From: Nitrospirota bacterium
Lineage (GTDB): Bacteria > Nitrospirota > UBA9217
Assembly: GCA_963845065.1 (NCBI GenBank)
Contig: CAWJQQ010000001.1
Span: 736,001 to 800,000 of the forward strand
Reading direction: 5' to 3'
DNA: 64,000 nt
The notes under the pieces are model-generated. The model did no database searches and was not told the DNA's origin. It was given only the letters and a program-made list of their open reading frames with translations. Of the stretch, positions 60,991-64,000 are shown piece by piece (position 1 is the first letter of the stretch; every line of letters starts with the position of its first letter). The translations under genes and the position numbers were made by a program.

Positions 60991-61121
60991 TGTCCTTGAA
61001 TACCCAGCAGTTCTACTGCTGGGATGAAAAGGACAATCCTGACGAGGTCAGGATAAGAATCTGATTGGTTTTAGGTTCTATCGGTTTTGATGCCCCGCAG
61101 CTCTGCTGCAGGGTAATTCAC
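60991..61121 (+). mobile_element. About 130-bp IS200/IS605-like hairpin mini-element
   Basis: CCCAGCAG-TTCTA-CTGCTGGG inside a TGTCCTT/AAGGACA stem; ATCCTGAC/GTCAGGAT; CCCCGCAG-CTCTG-CTGCAGGG then TTCAC. Confidence 0.55.
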
Positions 61122-61329
61122 TTTTGAACTGAGGCTGATATGAGGGAAGGTATGTAACGGAAAAAAACAATCCAAAATTAGCAGACTGGTCTTTATCTGT
61201 TCTTCACGGGAATATTTATAATCCGCATCGTAAATTCCCGTTTCTTTGGATGAGGGGTGCTGCTTGCTACGCAGCGGATAAATGTTTTTTTATCAAACTA
61301 TGTCAGAATCCTACGTGGCTTGCTACGGT

Positions 61330-61478
61330 GATTAATGTCATCTTTGACGATGAGGTTATAAGGGGGGACCGGAAGGAGCCCCCCCTTATCCCACCGGGCC
61401 ATCGACGTAGCCGTGGCCTGAAGAGCATTTTCATGCTTTGCTAACATGCCCCGCGTCTCTTAATGCGGGGTTCCTGCC
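61330..61478 (-). ncRNA. HEARO/IscB omega-RNA-like structured sequence without iscB
   Basis: Minus strand GGCAGGAACCCCGCA..CGCGGGGCATG, GCTACGT, GGGGG-CTCCTTCCGG-TCCCC, CATCGTCAAAGATGACATTA; four hairpins. Confidence 0.45.
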
Positions 61479-61632
61479 TGATAATTGGACAAACGTTCAT
61501 CTATCTGATATACTAAGTGTTATATGGTCGAATCGAATGATAACTACCATAATATGTCAGTCATAAAAAAAATTTAAAGTTCCTTTTAAAACGTTGGTTT
61601 TTCTGTTATAGTTTTTAGTGAAAGGATTAATT

Positions 61633-62154
61633 ATGAAGATAGTTGTGTTATTTTTTTGTTTTATGTTGTGCGTAAATTCAGTTTATGCTGAGATGCCCTA
61701 TGATTATCCAAACCAGCCAAAAGGATTTAGGAACGTAACGTGGGGAGAGAATTTGACAAAAATAAAGGGTATGAGGAAAATGGATGTCAGCGATGAGGAC
61801 AATGATATTATAACTTACGCCAGGGAGCAAGATGTATTGCAAATAGGAGCCGCAAAATTAGGTTTCATACGATATGTTGCATGGAAAAATAAATTTTCTG
61901 GTGTGATTATTTCTTTTAAGGGCAATATTAATTATGAGGGATTAAAAGAGACGCTAGTTGACAAGTTTGGAAAAGGCAAGCAAAATGACTATGATGATAG
62001 CTTGGGGTGGTATGGCGTCGATACAACTATAGTCTTAGATTATAATGATGAAACCAGAGAGGGTTCGCTAATGTTTTATGGTAACAAAATTCGTGCTGAG
62101 GAAGACGCTTATAGGAAGGAAAAAGCTAAAGAAGGAGCAGTAAAAGGCTTTTAG
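61633..62154 (+). CDS. Hypothetical exported protein, AT-rich
   Basis: Signal peptide (VYA), GFRNVTWG. Confidence 0.7.
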   Translation: MKIVVLFFCFMLCVNSVYAEMPYDYPNQPKGFRNVTWGENLTKIKGMRKMDVSDEDNDIITYAREQDVLQIGAAKLGFIRYVAWKNKFSGVIISFKGNINYEGLKETLVDKFGKGKQNDYDDSLGWYGVDTTIVLDYNDETREGSLMFYGNKIRAEEDAYRKEKAKEGAVKGF

Positions 62155-62381
62155 TCGAGCTAGTCACGAATTGAGTTGGCAGCAATTGCAAATGCCAATA
62201 CTATTCACTACACATTACAATGAAATCTTTCACCTTTCCCCGAAGTATATACTTTCCACTCAATCCGTCGAATCCTACCAAGGAGAACCACCTCTGCCGG
62301 CGATTATAAAACTATTTAAATCATGGGTATTATGGTACAGTTTTTTGTACTAGGAACTTCCTGAATCGTGCAGGCATGAGA

Positions 62382-62850
62382 TGACCGAAGCCTTTACAAC
62401 TCCGCAAGCCCTTGGATTTATCCATGGGGATAGGTGTTGCAGTATAGTATACAGAATAGAATTAATTAAGAGTATTGATGCTACTATGCAAATTCACCTT
62501 TTTGCTATATTGAATATACTTTTATGTCTAGAAAATCCAAAACTCCGTAGTTTATCCATTAATTGTCACTTCTGGTCAATACCTGCGAGGAACAGGGGAC
62601 ATGCCGGCAGCTCTATAATGCCTGCCTCGGCGAATCCCTTGTAGGCTAACCCTTCTCCAACAGTCAAAACCGTGTCAGGCATGCCGCAGGTTTCCCTATG
62701 CGGACAAAGAAACGCGATCGGCTGCGTTCAAAGCAGTGGACGAGCAGTTTGGGTTCACTGCTTACGAAATGCATAAGTTCGCGTGAAAGGCCAAAAACGC
62801 TTGTACCAGGCCAACATCTGGATTTCGACACTGTCCAGAAGGTACCAACG
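62382..62850 (+). mobile_element. Second tnpB-element relic (left end plus decayed 5' tnpB)
   Basis: Visibly homologous to 34625-35100: AAGCCCTTGGATTTATCCATGGGGA and ATGTCTAGAAAATCCAAAACTCCG at 62524. Confidence 0.75.
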
Positions 62851-63305
62851 GTGTTAACTGATGTCGGGATGTTTGAGTATCAAGTCACTACTAACAATAA
62901 AAAACAAAAAAAACCGTTGAACACAATTATTGTTATCGCGGATCTCGTTAATGCTTGCATAGTGTCCAGAGAGCAAGGGCCGTAAAGTGTCAATTATTTG
63001 ACACAATTTATAAATCTTTTTTTGCACAAATTCCTTGACAAATAATTCCTGTTTGTAATATTCTTGTATCCTAATGAAGCTCCCGATTTTAAAGCATGTT
63101 TTAACGAACCATTTATAAAAAAACAAATTTTAGCGTTTCTTAACAAATTTTCAGACAAATATTTGTTGTACTAATAATATAAATGATTTCATAATAGTGG
63201 GGGTGATCAATATAGCATTTTAAACAAAAAACTCGAATAGATTCGTTAGAGCAACAGTAGTATTGATGATCAAATCATAAGGACCTTAAACATTAGGAGG
63301 TAAAA

Positions 63306-64000
63306 ATGAATTCCCAAAATGATTCAATGCTACAAGCTCCTCGATCTGGTCTGGCCCAGAATATTGACATACCTTTATCTCTCCCTAGCTTATTAACATC
63401 TCACATAAACGTGCTTATGAACAAATTTGCCGATATCGAGTCCCGGTTGACGAACTCGGATGTTGACAATTTCGATTTGCAACTAGAAACGACGGACGCC
63501 TTGCATAAGATGAGCTATGCTTGCAAAGAATACGAAGATTCTTTCGCTCATTCACCGGAGGTGATTGTTCAAGCTCGCATCGCTTTCAGAGCTATTACTG
63601 ATAAGTACTTTTCAAAGAGCTATTTCGCGAAACGTGCCAGAACTTGGCCTCAAGGCTATCAAGGAGATTATCTGACACTCGAGAGTGTCTACCGCAATAC
63701 CCCATTATCAACGGGTCTCGGCTATTTCCTGGACGTTGATTTCTTGAGGACTGTTTTGAGCAATGCGGTTCGGGAGCGGATTGCCACCCTGATGGACATT
63801 CTCAGCTCATCCATTAAACAGTATGTGAAGCCTTCAATCTTGAATATCGCTTGTGGATCATGCCGCGAGCTTCCAGGCCTGTCTCAAAATATTATGGATG
63901 TCGATGGGTACATCACGTGTATAGACCATGACGACGCGGCACTCGATTTTTCAATGAGACGGCTAGTTTCTACTCCCTTGGATCCGCAACATACGTTTTT
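63306..64000 (+). CDS. Class I SAM-dependent methyltransferase, PhcB-like; runs off right edge
   Basis: AGGAGG RBS; open frame with WPQGYQGDY..YRN..AVRER, ILNIACGSCRE, CIDHD..AL. Confidence 0.75.
   Translation, partial: MNSQNDSMLQAPRSGLAQNIDIPLSLPSLLTSHINVLMNKFADIESRLTNSDVDNFDLQLETTDALHKMSYACKEYEDSFAHSPEVIVQARIAFRAITDKYFSKSYFAKRARTWPQGYQGDYLTLESVYRNTPLSTGLGYFLDVDFLRTVLSNAVRERIATLMDILSSSIKQYVKPSILNIACGSCRELPGLSQNIMDVDGYITCIDHDDAALDFSMRRLVSTPLDPQHTF

Overview
Bacterial chromosome segment. Gene content and synteny suggest an anaerobic Nitrospirota or Desulfobacterota-like organism (inference only). 1-42 kb is mostly housekeeping: addAB, ferredoxin/trxA/TlpA, tRNA-Gly(CCC), cobUTSC, a TPP-riboswitch thiSGEC-M23-thiD operon, rph, IclR, larE, purD/purE, tsaC, PIN-PhoH, VKOR-Trx plus system II cytochrome c maturation, argDF, tonB, a short MesB-like methionine synthase, queF, tatAC, mobB and hemL. 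42.2-54.3 kb is a respiratory island with 30 CxxCH motifs. It starts with orphan atpZ-atpI, then two different tetraheme-c/FeS/NrfD modules with no catalytic subunit, a Rieske/cytochrome b/pentaheme complex with a PAWY Qo motif, an 11-heme membrane-anchored cytochrome, and two c7-type triheme paralogues separated by a group IIC intron relic. 54.4-64 kb is a decaying accessory region: fsr-like MFS, truncated IS481-like element, USP, GH15 pseudogene, IS200/IS605 relics and a partial PhcB-like methyltransferase. Features missed by the ORF track include a tandem DUF1059 protein with an in-frame UGA exactly at a conserved Cys, two tnpB relics, a HEARO/omega-RNA-like orphan and a 130-bp hairpin mini-element. 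ThiS also has a blocked Gly-Gly end and lies in frame with thiG. All family assignments come from motif recognition by eye, not database searches.
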